DNA from: the human T2T-CHM13v2.0 reference genome, Homo sapiens
Strand: one strand, 5' to 3'
DNA: 64,000 nt
NCBI RefSeq assembly: GCF_009914755.1
Contig: NC_060935.1
The notes below the pieces were generated by a model. That model was not told the origin of the DNA. It worked only from the letters and a program-made list of their open reading frames with translations, and did not search any database. Shown here piece by piece: positions 41,345 through 57,150 of this stretch. Every line of letters starts with the position of its first letter. Position 1 is the first letter of the stretch. A program made the position numbers and the translations under genes.

Positions 41345-43921
41345 GGTAACTTATTTTTTATTAAACAAAATAATGATTGAGTGCTTATGCCTTGGTAAAA
41401 TTCTGTTTGGGTATTATTTTGAAAATAATAAGATTTCCCTAGGCACAAACCAAACATTTATAAAAGGTGATCTTACTAGTAATAAGCTCCGCAGAGACGG
41501 TAAGTAAAATATATCAAGCAATGTGTGTGGAAGCCCATTCATTAGAAATTAAAATTTTACAGTTCTAGTGAGTTGCTATGAGGCTGAAATGACGATGGAT
41601 TAAATTGCTTTATTAATATTAAATTGTTATGCAATAATTTTAGTGCAGATAAAACTTTACCCTTTACAAGACATTTTTTTCAGCCATTATTTCATTTAAT
41701 TTTCACATAATAATTATAATGAAAATAGCAACAACAACAATGGCAATGTGTAGAACATTATCTTAAAATTTTATTTGATTATCTCACTTATTAATTCAAA
41801 AACTCCTAATGGTAAGTATCATTTTACCTTAGAAGAAAATGAAGTTTAAAGAGGTTAGGTAACTAGTTACGCAGGTAATAATTTACAGAGAATGCAATTC
41901 TAATATAAGCACCATGTTCTAAATCACAATGCACTGTTGCTTCAAAAAACTCTAAGTGCTGGAATTTTCTAGGACTGTTATGTACAAGAAAATTAATCTC
42001 CGAGTAATTTGCAAGATTTTTTCTCAGCATGTAAGTCTACGGTCAGATTCAGGCCTTCTGATGATTGATTCCATGCTATTGCTACCAGGCTTGCCCCATC
42101 CATTTTACTTTCCTAGCTTTAGGAAGCACATTACGGTTCAAAATTCTTAACTCAAAAAACTCCACACAAATCAATTCCCCCAGTATAGCTGCAAAGTGCC
42201 AAACAAAGTGTTCTCTTGGGAGCACAGGGGAAAACCTTCCATAGAATCATAGTGAAGAAGTGACTTGGTCAATGGCAGCTGGTGAGTCAGGTTTCCTCCA
42301 GCTAAAAATCCTGATTCACGCCCTTTGAGACTTTTGTGACCTTGTCTCAAATCACCTTTCATGAGTAAAATGGTCAATGTTGAAGTATTACTTAGACAAG
42401 AGTGGGAGGGAGTTGTGCTTATTATTTGGGGGTCTATTCCTACTGCAGCAAACATGAAGGAAAAACTGCTACTTTCTGAGGGGAAATTTACAGTCTAAGG
42501 ACATGGTTTGGAAGCAGTAGAAAAATTACAACATAAAATATACTCCTCTTTCCCTTTGTAGACACAAATGTCTGTTCTGAACTCATGGGTTGCCTTCCAT
42601 GGTGCATGAGATGGATGGAGTCAATGGTGGCCCAGGGTTTTGCAGGCTTTCCAGTAATTCACAGCCTGTATTCCACTTGCCCAAAGTTTCTTATTAGGCA
42701 GCGAAGATAATATACTCACAAAAATCAAGGTGGCTAGGAAGTATGCTTCTACTTCTAAAGAGGTATTTCCTTATCATTCTATGTAATTAAGACCAAAAAA
42801 ACCTGGGTTTATCGAAAAGTCCACTGTGATATGCTTCAATGTTTAATTGTAACATTCATCATTATTTGCCTTTGACTAAGAAAAAGCTTCAGTTGAAGGC
42901 AACGAAATCCCAAGGTTATATTAAACAATGCCTTTGGACTAGCTAAAAACAGCATGGACTCTGGCTTTCTTGGGTTCGTTAAAGAGCTCTTCTGGCAGCT
43001 AAACAGCAGGAGTGGGTGCTGTAGCATTAACAGTAACAGTGGTGTGCCGCCATTGCCTGTGCACAGCCATGTGTGATGCATGATGAAGAAATAAATAGAG
43101 AATCCTTTTTAAAAAAAAAAAAGGCAGAGAGCAAAGAAAGGAAAGAGAAGAGGCTTCCAAATGTAGGACACTATCTTATTTTCCTATATTCAGCTCTTCA
43201 CAGGGGCAAGTGGGGGAGAGGAAGACACAAAATTAACTTTTCAAAATATAATTGTTCTGCAAATTAATGACTTTGATGATTCACTGGAAGAAAGAGTATT
43301 ATTTTATTTAAATTAAATCCAATATGTAATACCATTTTTGTCATACTGGAACTACTTACTGTGAATTCACAAGCTGCCTTATGTTAACTTCTGTTATCTT
43401 GTTATATCTCTTGTTTTGATTTTAATGAAGATGAGTTTCTACGAAGTACTTGCAAAAGATCCTGTGTCCAGGTTATTGGGATTTTTGGACATTGAAGTAT
43501 ACTCTGGCTATTCTTACCCTAAGTATTTACTCTGAGGCGTTCCTTTGGTTTAACAATGTTTTTCAAAAAGTGTTATGTTCAGTATAGAGAGCAGTTTTAA
43601 GTAAACTGAATTCATTATGCAACATCTCAACCTTAAATTATAAATATGGTTTTTGTTAAAATCACAGTTTATTGAGTTATTTTGTGTAACATCTAGCCAA
43701 ATATAGGTACGATTATATGTTTATTGTATATTTTTCAATAATTATGATACTTTAGTAGCCTTTCTCACATTCTAAAAATGAAAAAAATACATACCTCTGT
43801 ATCAAATATTTGTAGATAATCTTAAATTTTAGGTAAGTAAGTTTATCAAAAAAATGTTATTGAAAAATTTTACCACCTTAATTGACATTGCTTAGGACTA
43901 CACTTTAGGATGCATTATAAA

Positions 43922-44046
43922 AACACTGAATGTAAGCCCATAAGGGCAAAGAACTTTGTTCATTTTATTCACTGATGTATCTCAAGCCCCTAGAACACTT
44001 CCTGGCAAAATAAATTGTCACTCATTAAATACGTTTAATTGAATTA
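43922..44046 (+). mobile_element. L2a 3' end
   Basis: gaatgtaagccc..ttttattcactgatgtatctcaagcccctagaacac..cctggca. Confidence 0.75.
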
Positions 44047-44373
44047 TTATGTTTACCATTGTTATTCAATCCAGATACAAATACATTAATTTTAACAAAA
44101 CACACACTAAAAAAGAATTGGAGTTTTTCATCCAGAGGGATCCCTCAGAGCTACTCCGGAAACTGTTCTGACAACTGTTATTTTAAGCCTTTTCTTTAGT
44201 CATCAACTACCTTCATAGCCCTCTGATGACCCTTTTGTTGCTCAAATTAGCCAGAATAAGCATATGTGGCTTGTATCAAGGAATCTTAATGGAAATAATA
44301 GTTGTATCTTGAATTATCAGTCTCATAAGTCTATATAGTAAGTGAAATAACCCATGTCATTGTTGAGGAGAGG

Positions 44374-44374
<1 letters not shown>

Positions 44375-44406
<32 letters not shown>

Positions 44407-44419
44407 TGTGTTTGTGTGT
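44375..44419. repeat. (TG)n microsatellite
   Basis: About 15 uninterrupted TG units, then a degenerate extension. Confidence 0.95.
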
Positions 44420-45469
44420 TGTGGGGAAAGTGGTTGCTTTGTGTTTTGTTGTTTCACTTTCTAATGCCATCCAAATCAGATTGTATTGTTTACAACCACC
44501 TGGAAGTGAAGAGAGCAGTCTTGCTGAATAATATCTAGTTATTGCTTAGACTTTTAGAAATGTGCCATATGGCTGCTCATTAATTGCTCATAACAATGTT
44601 TTAACTACAAATAATTGGAGTAACTGGGCCTTGGAGCTCTCTTAATTTACCTTTCAATGGCTCCAGACATTCTCCCTCATTTCTCTCCACCCACCCTCCA
44701 ACCCCTACTCCCTCATCTAGGCCAGAATTCCAGAGAAAGGAAAAAGAAAGCAGTGCCCAAACCACTTCCATTTTCCTGCTTATCCTTTGTAAAGTAGCTA
44801 GCCATTCCCCTTCCTGAGAGGTCAGTCCCACAGGAGGTCACCAAAGCCAGCCCACTTGAAAGGCCAGTGTCCTTTTATGAGCAGAAAGCACATGCAGAAT
44901 AGCCACATGAACTAAATCCTCCACTTGGATCACCGTGTTCTGTCCAGAATTATCAAAGGTTTTTTATACCAGGAAAGCAACTACAGAAACTGCTGTGTGC
45001 ACAGAGGCTGGGTTTTCCTTGAGTAATTGGATATTATTACCAGTATCAGGGCTTTTGAACAATGGGTCATGAACCATCAGTGAAGTTTAAAATCAATTTC
45101 ATGGATTGAAGCAAACACTTTTTAAAATGTAACTAAAATTTTTCGAATTATATTCTGTTGCTCTGAAAAAGGAATTCTCATTTCATTTAATTATCACAAA
45201 GTAGGCAAAACTGAAACTAGCTATGTAGGTGTTCTGAGCAAACAACATATATGAAATATGCTATGAAGTCAATTTTATAACAGATGATACAGTCCACAGA
45301 CATGTATTAATAATACTGTGTGCCCTCCAGTGGCACCTTACTCTTAGAAATTATTCTTGCTGACTAGGTGGTAGACTCAATTGTCCTGTGAATGGGTAAA
45401 TGTGCTATGAGCATGTAAATCTAACTTTAAAGTGATAATCTTTTGTATATCATTATTTACATTTTTGTA

Positions 45470-45655
45470 CCCTAGGGTAAGTATTGGATTGGCTCTCTCT
45501 ATGTATGGATCTGGAGATGAGTGTTAGTATTACCCTTATTTTTATGAATGAAGACACTGAGCTTCAAGGATTTGGATAACTTCGCCAAGGTCACACAACT
45601 AGTAAGTGGGAGAGCTTAGAGAAAGTTCTCATCACCACAATAGTGCACTGCCTCT
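45470..45655 (-). mobile_element. MIR
   Basis: attttatgaatgaagacactgag..taacttcgccaaggtcacacaactagtaagtgg. Confidence 0.75.
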
Positions 45656-46869
45656 TCTTGAAGCCTGGGAAGTAGAGCACCCTGCTCCACCCAACTGTAC
45701 AAAACTGCTACAGCAGTGCGTCCTAAGAAAATGGTCTCCACCCAAGAGCAAAGTGGGAGAAGGAATGTGGGTGAAGCCATTTCATTTCTATTTTGTTCTT
45801 CCTGAGCTGACTTTTGTCAGCTTCTCCAGAAAGAACTGCCTTGCGCTGAATAACCATAATTTTATCTAGAAAGTTTTGTTGCAATGCTGTCACCTTTCTT
45901 TATTCCTCTGTGTAGCTTTCATGACGCCTGCTCTATTGAATTTTCGGATATCTTTTGTCTGTTAACTCCTCCACTCTAATATCATACTATTCCTTCTCTA
46001 CTTTTAGTCACACTGTTTCAGTTATTATTCTATTTTTAATTTACCTACTGAAAGCATTTCTCTATTATATCTTAAAATACCATGACTTAACGCATCTAAT
46101 AGACTGAGAAAAAAATTAAATCTAAACTATTGAAAACAGTCAGCTTTTTGAAATATATATATCATAAAATCACTTTCTGAGAATGCCCTGGAGAGCAAAT
46201 TATAGATGGCTGGAGTTCAATAAAAACAACTTTGAATGTATTGGGACTGGGTTATTACATGCTTCTGCTGCTTATAGCCAGCATATTTCCTCTTTATTGT
46301 AAATCGTGAGTTCAAACGACAAATACTTCCTATTGACCTAAACTTAGTTGCACTTCAGGGTCTTTCTGTCCTGCCTGCCAGCCGCCTGCAATATCTGTTA
46401 CAGAGATTTGGTGAGGTTTTATGATGACCCAGAATTTTTTTCCGCCAACATAAGCTATATTTTATGTTGGACAAGTGGATTTTATTTTATTATATTATCA
46501 AGATCTTGGAGTAGTAAGAAAACAGAAAACACAAGCAATAGGGTGATGTGGCACAAAGAGAATCAGCTGTGTCAGAAATGCTAGGAAAGTCAGGTTCAAA
46601 TTTTTGTTTTCTTGGTACAATCATTCTACTTCTCACCTCCATTTGGTTGCCTTCTTTTCTTGGCCAATTTCAGTGCTGAGGTTGAAATTAACATTCCAAG
46701 CTGAGTACTCCAAATAAGATTAGAATTGCAAAAATGAGACGAAAGCAGAGAATGACTGATTTCAGTCCTTATGTCAAGGCAAACATTCATTTGCCATTTA
46801 GACTTTCTTAACCGTAAGACTGGACAAACTGTCAGCCGCATGATGCTATGGTTCAAGATGTCAAAACAT

Positions 46870-47110
46870 CAGTATGGCAGGCTATTGCAGATAAAAGTTC
46901 TAACTTTGGAATCGGACTGCATTCAATCATATTTCCATTAATTACTAACAATGTGACTTTAGACAGATAACTTCCCTAAACCTCATTTATAAAATAAGGA
47001 AAATAATAATATCTACTTTATAGAGCTATGTGAAAATTAAAGGAGGTTATGGATATAAAATGCCTAATGGAGGACACCTTGTGACCACTCAGTATGTTAT
47101 TTTATTATTG
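46870..47110 (+). mobile_element. MIR
   Basis: actttggaatcggactgc..atgtgacttta..ataataatatctactttatagag..gtgaaaattaaa. Confidence 0.7.
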
Positions 47111-47299
47111 TTACACTACACTACTTTTACACCAACCCCAAGCTGAGAGGTAGGAAGAGAGTAAAGTTAGGTAGAATTGCCCACATTGGGAAAACCACTG
47201 CTGGGAGGCAAGATAGAGATAATTATGGAAGAAGCAAAGAAAGTTTGAGCCCAGAGAGTGTACATGTTTGTGGGTTGCAGGGCAGTTAATAGTGGTGGA

Positions 47300-47490
47300 A
47301 TGAGAGAACATTTGTATGAGAGGGGCTTAGAGAAAAAGAAGCCTGGATTCTTGCTCTGGGTCACATACTAAATGGTTATGTGGCCTTTGGCAGGTCACAC
47401 ACTCTCTGCCTCTCACAAAACTCATCAGATGTTAAATGAAGAAATTGGTTTAATGCAGCTCTAATGCTCCTTCAAGCTATCAACGTATTG
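47300..47490 (+). mobile_element. MIR (MIR3/c-like)
   Basis: cctggattcttgctctggg..tgtggcctttggcaggtcacac..tctaatgctccttcaagct. Confidence 0.55.
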
Positions 47491-47592
47491 TGGCACATAG
47501 TTAAGGGTTAGTTAGCAAAGAAATAGAGAATCCAGGGGCAGAGGAAAGAGGCTTACTGCCAGTGGGGAGATGAGGCAGATGAGGCAAATTAC

Positions 47593-48288
47593 TGTAACTG
47601 CCTGACAGGTTCTTCCTGCAAGCTGCACAAAGACCACAGCAAAGAAAGGCCGGCCACACCACATTGGAGACAGAGTTATTACTCAGATGGATCTCCCCGA
47701 AAATTCGGAGACTGGGTTTTTTTAAGGATGATTTGGCAGGTAGGGCCCGGGGAGTGGGGAGTGTTGATTGGTCGGGTCAGAGATGAAATCATAGGGAGTA
47801 GAAGCTGCCCTCTTGCACTGAGTCATTTACTGGGTGGGGGCCACAAGATCAGATGAGCCAGTTTATCTACCCGGATGACACCAAATAATCCACCGAATGC
47901 AGGGTCTGAAAAAATATCTCAAGCCGCAATCTTAGATTTTACAGTAGTGATGATATATCTATGAGCAATTGAGGAGGTTTTGAATGTTGTAGCCTCTAGC
48001 TGCATGATACCTAAACCATATTTTCTAATCTTATGGCTAATTTGTTAGTCCTACAAAGGCAATCTAGTCCCCAGGCAAAAAGGGGGTTTGTTTGGGGAAA
48101 GGGGTGTTATCATCTTTGTTTCAAAGTTAAACTATAAACCAGGGTCCTTCCAAAGTTAGTTTGGCCTACACCCAGGAAGAAATAAGGACAGCTTGGAGGG
48201 AGGTTTGGAAGCAAGATGGAGTCATTGAGGTCAGATCTGTTTCACTATCATAGTTTTCTCAGTTACGATTTTTGCAAAGGCAGTTTCA
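47593..48288 (-). mobile_element. LTR8/LTR8A (ERV1) solo LTR
   Basis: TG...CA ends; reverse complement starts tgaaactgcctttgcaaaaatcgtaactgag; internal gaagcaagatggagtc, gttagtcctacaaaggc; TSD only 2/4 (ttac/gcac). Confidence 0.88.
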
Positions 48289-48999
48289 GCACAATGAAGG
48301 ATGGGAAAACATAGGAGGGAGAGAGAGAGATCTAGGAGAAAATAAAAATTGAGTGCAATTTTTCTATTTTCTATTATGCCAGAACATTTACAGTAGGAGT
48401 TGTTCCACATGGGGACATTGCAGTCATTTCCTCAATATCCTGATAATACGTAAAAAGCTTACATCATACTACCCATTACCCTCATAAAGCAGTTCTGTGG
48501 GTGTTAAATATGTTATCACTCAGTAGCCTCAGGTTAAGCCACAGCAAACAGACAGACAGACACACACACACTTCTGAAAAATATGCTATCCCTATTCCCA
48601 ATCCCTGTCTCCATTAAAACTTCTGATTACTTAATTTTTCTGTATAAATACAAATAAGATTTAATACTAATTATCTGTCTAGTTTTTTAGATTGTTATTC
48701 TACAAAATAACCCTGGATAGTTCTTTATTCCTATAACATGCTGTAGAAGATCATCTTCCTGAAGTAGTCTAATTACAATATTAGATCATCAGTGCCCTCA
48801 ACTATTTGCTTTCCCCCTTCTCTTTGTTCCTCTCACACATACATAAATAAAATGGCAATAGGAATACCTTGAAGATTCTTTTAGCTTGCATTATATTTTC
48901 TTATATTTTTATATATGTATACCTACATCTGTGTGTGTGTGTTTTAAACCATTCAGCATTCATACACTCTATCTTATATCAGCTGTTTACAGGTATACT

Positions 49000-49350
49000 C
49001 TTCTTTAATTTATAGAAAATATGGGTCCCAAACCAAATCCAAGTGGAACACATAAACTAGGTTAGAAAAATCAGCACATTATATAACCTCTAGCCGCTGC
49101 GACTGGTTCTTTAAAGGACACACAATTCAATTAGAATCACTGAGATCCAATGAGAACCTTGCCCGAATGGAAAGCTGGGACCACCTGTAGTTATCTTCAC
49201 TCCATGAAAGAAACCCTTCCAGAAATAGTGAGCTAATCCAGAAGCAGCAGGACTGAGGGATGAAGCAAGAGATTAGCTGAATCTGTTTCTACCATTTGAG
49301 GCCTTACATAAAGCTTAAACAAGGCCATTCTGACCTCTGAGCTTTTTAAC
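49000..49350 (+). mobile_element. Degraded MLT1-like LTR
   Basis: gactggttc.., aatcactgaga.., agttatctt.., cagaagcagcaggactgagggatg. Confidence 0.4.
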
Positions 49351-49516
49351 ATACTAGTTTTTTTTTAAAGATTGTTATTTTTAAGAGATCACTACTATGT
49401 ATATGCATATGTAAGCTCAGTAAAAATTAGGTAAAATGCAAAATTAACCTTTACATATTAAATAAAATCACTTTTGTTCTAAAAGGAAGAGGTACTGAAA
49501 TCTGGCATTAAACCTG

Positions 49517-49519
<3 letters not shown>

Positions 49520-49558
<39 letters not shown>
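49520..49558. repeat. (CA)19 microsatellite
   Basis: Perfect CA run. Confidence 0.97.
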
Positions 49559-49560
<2 letters not shown>

Positions 49561-50089
49561 GAGCTAACTTTAAACTTGAAAATGACCTGTGATATTTTAT
49601 TATTTCAAGTGTCACTGAAATTTTATTCTTGCTCACTAAAGCCTTTCTATTCTTTCTTCAAACTGGCTTTTCATAGATATTCCTATTTCTTAGCTTACCA
49701 GTGAAAATACAGCATTCTGAGATATTCAAAGCATGGCACTTTCAGCCCATAAAGACCTCAGATTTCAGGAGCTTAAATTTTCAGTTCACCTTATACTTCA
49801 ACAAGAGCTTTATTTTGCCAGTTATAGTTCCTTTAAAGAAATAGCTCAAACTATTTCTATCCAGTTTTTAAAGTTAAGTGTTTTTCAGATGGATCATAGG
49901 GATAAATTGCCTCAAATAAGAAAATTGTTCATTCTGAGAGTAATTACAGGGCATTTTTCTTTTCCAAATGATTTTCTCTCCCAAATTTGTATCTCTCTAA
50001 ATGAGCTCTCTCTGGTGACTAACTGCAGCTAGGATGTACAAACACGTCTGTGAGCAAACACGCACATTTATTCAGATATGTGGCATGTC

Positions 50090-51190
50090 CCAGATACTAC
50101 CCTTGGCCTTCTTTCTCTTACGCTATGTCTCTTTTTGAATAATATCATCCATTCTCACGGTGTCTACTACCACCCAAATACTGATGATTTGCAAATGCAT
50201 TTTTCCAACTCACTTCTATCTTCCAAAATCAGTGATGAAATGTCTGGGGTGTCCCAGAAGATGCAAGACTTAGTTGATTCCAAGCTAAATTCATCACCTT
50301 CCAATAAAACCTCTCTACAGACCAGGCAATGGATTCCTCTTCTGGGGCTGCCCATAACAAAGTACCCCAGATTGGGTGGCTTAAACAACAGAAAATTATT
50401 TTCTCACTAATCTGGAGGCTAGAAGTCTGAGATCAAGGTATTGGCAGGGTTGGTTTCTTCTGTTATCTGTCAGTGTCCAAATTTCCTCTTCTTAGAAGGG
50501 CAGCAGTAATATTGAATTAATGCCTTCTCTAATGACATAATTGTAATTTAATAACCTCTTTAAAGATCCCTTCTCCAAATACTATCACATTCTGAGGAAT
50601 TGGGAGTTAGGACTTCATATGAATTTTGTGGGGGACATAATTCAGCTTATAACAGAGTTGCACTTTAGGAGCCTCCCAGAAAATAAAGGCATTGTGTTTG
50701 GTATAGAGTGAGTGCTCTGTAAGCACCATAATACCACAATGCCCCAGGCATAATAAACCTCATGCAGATTTCAAAACATGCCGTGTTCTCTCATATTTCC
50801 AGCCCTTTATTCAGGTTCTTCCCTCTGCCTGGATTGTTCCCTGACGCCTTCATCCCCCACCATTCTGCCTCAACCTTTATACTCCCACTTAGCTCATATT
50901 TACCATTTAAGACTGAGTCCAAACATTACTTCCTTCTCTGAAATGCTATTTTCTACTTGTGATGAAAGAATTCATCACCTTTTCCTTTACAAATATTTTG
51001 TAGCTGGTATGCATATATATGGACTAATTTTATCTGGTGTCATTGTGGCAAGTAACATAAATGCCTAAATCCTCCTCTAAATTTCCTGCTCCTCAAAGGC
51101 AGGGGTTGTGTTCTTACCTTTACTGATCAAATTTTAGCAAAGTGCCTGGTGCATAGTAGTCACTCAGTGTATGTTTGTTAGATAAATAAA
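50090..51190 (+). mobile_element. L2 fragments flanking MLT1A
   Basis: atcatccattctcacgg..tactgatgatttgcaaat; after the LTR, ttccctctgcctgga..ctcctcaaaggcagggg..agtgcctggtgcatagtagtcactcag. Confidence 0.6.
50330..50654 (-). mobile_element. MLT1A/MLT1A0 LTR
   Basis: ggctgcccataacaaagtacc..ggtggcttaaacaacagaaa..ctggaggctagaagtctgagatcaagg..ggggacataattcagcttataaca. Confidence 0.88.
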
Positions 51191-51313
51191 CATAAATAAG
51201 CCCACGAATAAAGCCATAATTGTGTGTAACAGCTTGCGTCTTACAAAGTACTTTTATGTACATGATCTCCTTTGAACAGCTCAATAAGGTACGAGAGACA
51301 GAGTAGCATAGTG

Positions 51314-52168
51314 CAGGGGACAGCTAGCTATGGTTTCCAGGCCAAATCTGAGTGACCTCTGAGTAAAGTTTTTGTTTGTGTTTTGTTTTAGGGAGCATAC
51401 TTACAATATTTCTTAACATTTAATAAACTTCCTATTTCCAAAATTTTATATTTGCAGAAAAGTTGCAAGAATACTAGAGGTTCCCTTTGTCCCACCTTCT
51501 AATTTCCTCATTGTTAACATCTTACGTTACTTTGATGCAAATGTTACAACTGATGAACCAATATTGATACATTATTAACTAATGTCCATACTTTATTACA
51601 TTTCTTTTTTACCTAATGTACTTTTTTTGTTCCAGAACCCCATCCAAGATACCACACTGCATTTGGTCATCATACTTCCTCTAGGATCTCTTGGCTGTGA
51701 TAGTTTCTCAGACCTTCTTTGTTTTTAACAACCTTGGCAATATTGAGATATACTGGTCAGATATTTTACAGGGTGCCCTTTACTTACTTTACATCCATGT
51801 TTTTCTCATAGAGTTTATAGGTTTTGGGAAGGAAGACCATAAATGTAAAGTGCCATTCCCATCACACATATCAGGGTTACTGATATGCTATTAACATAAT
51901 TTTCACTGATGATATTAACTTTGAACACCTGGCTGAAGCTGAAGGATGGCTTTTACATTATGAAGGTTGAAATATCAAAAGAAGGTTAATATTTTGTGAT
52001 GAGACAATTCTATGAAATTCAAATTTCAGTGTCCATAAATAAGTTTTATTGCAACACAACCAAGCTCATTTATTTGCATATTGTCTAGGCTGCATTGACA
52101 CTATAATGGCAGAATTGCAAAACAGGCTCATGGTCTGCAAAGCCAAAAATATTTACAATCTGGCCCGC
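51314..52168. mobile_element. MER58B split by L1 (51314-~51390 and ~51945-52168)
   Basis: caggggacagctagctatgg..ggccaaatctg, then tatgaaattcaaatttcagtgtccataaataagttttattg..aaaatatttacaatctggccc. Confidence 0.7.
51420..51940 (-). mobile_element. L1MC4-like 3' fragment
   Basis: cagaaaagttgcaa..ttgttaacatctta..gaaccaatattgatacattattaacta..gtttctcagacctt. Confidence 0.75.
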
Positions 52169-52169
52169 T

Positions 52170-52380
52170 GGTGAAATGAAACAAGAACAAGCTCAAATCA
52201 GACATGTCTGAGTTTAAATCTCAGCTCTGGCATTACCGTCTATGTGACTTGCAGCCAGCTGCTTAACATCTTGGAAATAAGGTTTTCTCATCTGTCAAAT
52301 GAGGTTGTCAATGTCTGTTTCAAGGTTATAATGAAGATTGTGATAATGTTTATAAACCTTTCAATGATTAATATCAATTA
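52170..52380 (+). mobile_element. MIR
   Basis: ctgagtttaaatctcagctctg..tgtgacttg..ttctcatctgtcaaatgagg. Confidence 0.75.
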
Positions 52381-52529
52381 CTAATCAAACAGATAAAATT
52401 ATCCTCATTAAATAGAGAAAATAGATTCAAAGGGGCAAAGTGATTTGCATACCACTGGTAAATGTCAAAGTGGAGTTTCAGTGTGCATTTGTAGGTGCCG
52501 CAGCATGAGGCATGCCACAAACTTTGAAA

Positions 52530-52720
52530 CAGGACATCTTAGTGTGACTTTAGGTTCTGCCTGAGTCTTCCTAACTGTGAATTCTTGGGCAAGTCACTCA
52601 CTCTTCCTCCCTGAGGCTGAGTTATTTTTATGTACAAAATGGGTCTCATGCACACTATTTACTACAGAAGACTGATGTGAAGAGTAAGTGAGCAAAGGTA
52701 TACAAATTCACTGTTACACA
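52530..52720 (+). mobile_element. MIR
   Basis: ctaactgtgaattcttgggcaagtcactcac..aaaatggg. Confidence 0.6.
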
Positions 52721-53659
52721 GGATGGAGTCCAGAAACATGAGTTCAATTTTTTACTACATCAAGCTCTATTTATGGGAATAAAACTTATTCAAATAGTAC
52801 TTTGAGAAAAATATTAAAAGGAAGGCAAAAACACAAAAGGCAAAAAAATCAATAATCCTCTGATTATCTCTTGTTTTGAATCGTCTGCTTTGTACTTTCT
52901 TCTATGAGTCCAGACACTAGAGCACTTGCCAGGTCTAAAACATGGTAGACAGATAAATGAATGGGATGCAGCTACTGACTGCAGGAGTTATAAACCTGAT
53001 GGATAGCAGTGTAAGACTAAGATGTTGTACATTCTATGAAGTAAGAAAGCCATGACTAAGCTATGATAATGAATGAATTTTTTCATGTTACGTTCTCAGT
53101 TCTTTAAGAAGCCTCACAATTCCTATTGCCCTCACCACTTCCAAGCTCTCTCCAAATTATTTATGTAGCTTGACTCAATTCACACATACCCATGCTCTTG
53201 CAGACTCTCCTTCTTTACTCCCATAAAAGCTTGGGAGAAAGCCCCATCATGGTTAAGAAGCTAACTTATAGTATCTTAAAGAAATTTTGACATCAAGACA
53301 TTCCTGGAGCTTCTCTTGGATGTTGGGGGCATATGGAGTGTTAAAAATAATTTGAAAAATGTAATATGTAATATTCTACAATATTATAAATAGTTCATGA
53401 AAAAACAGCAATTAAATTAACTTTTAACTCTTTCTCATACACTATTTAGAGTACATGGTTTCCAGGCCAAATACCACAGTGTTCCAGGCAAGGATGTGGT
53501 CAGTTTCCTTCTCTGCTGGATCCCAAAGCCCAGGGCAGCTCTTGCACATAGTAAGAACTTAATAAATATTTACCAAATGAATATCTACACAACAGCCAGA
53601 AAGAAACACTGCCTGTACTAAGTGATTACTATATGACCTAATCAAAATATATTCATTTT

Positions 53660-53950
53660 ATTTTCATTTTTTTAATCCTTTTCTGAATATTTAGAGTGTC
53701 TACTGTGTGTCGTGACAGATGCTAAGTGTCGGAATTCAAAGATGAACAAAACAGACACAGGCCTAGCCTTTATCGGTATTACAGCACATTGGAGGAAGCA
53801 GGCAATTACAAGAGCATTTACAATATAACTTGGTAAATGCTATGATAGGAATTATAGAGTGCTATAAGACTAATCTAGACTCAGAGGTCAGAAAAAGCTT
53901 CCCAGAGAATTCAACTTGGCTTAGACTTGAGGAATGAGTAAGAGTATGAT
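53660..53950 (-). mobile_element. L2 3' fragment
   Basis: atatttagagtgtctactgtgtg..aaagatgaacaaaacagacacaggcc..taaatgctatgatag..gtcagaaaaagcttcccagag. Confidence 0.75.
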
Positions 53951-53997
53951 AGGAACATAAATTGAAACTTTATGTGGTCCAGTTTCGTCATGGAAAA

Positions 53998-56513
<2,516 letters not shown>

Positions 56514-56989
56514 TCACCTCCTGATTAATAATTGGGTACAACAATTTCTTAGCTGGCTGTGATCAGGAGCCCTAGTCCTTTCTGGCTTCCTTCCCTCTAC
56601 TTTGCTTCTGTGCTGCTCACATTCTTCTCCACCAGCTTCTCTACTGGACGGACCTACAATTTCCATGTTGGTTCCAAATGGCCTTTAAGGACATGGCATG
56701 ACAATTGATGAAAGAAGCAAAAGTGGTTTACAAATAAACTGAGCAAAATTAACTCAAATAGTAGTTTAGTCATTAAATAACTTAAAGATATTACATAAAC
56801 ATGAAAGAACTCTTCACAACTCACAGTGTATGCTCAGAGTCCAATGATGTCACCACATAGTATCCCTCTTACACGTTCCATAGATTGTATGCTTTCCACT
56901 TACGCTTCTTATTTGATCTGTGGTGTTTGTGTGTAGGTACGGGGGTGCGAGCACATATGAACATGTACTTGTTAGTGGCCCTATGTGCA

Positions 56990-57150
56990 CAGAAGCCCCA
57001 TTCTTACTAACTGGCTAATCTTAGTCAAGTCTTCTAAATTTAGTTTCCTCACTTAGAAAATGCAGATAGCAACACTTAACTTGGTTATGAAGGTTGGTTG
57101 TAAGACCAGAATGCAATGATAATTATGTAATAATTGTAGTACATGAAAGA
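56990..57150 (+). mobile_element. MIR
   Basis: cttactaactggctaatctt..agtttcctcacttagaaaatg. Confidence 0.55.
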
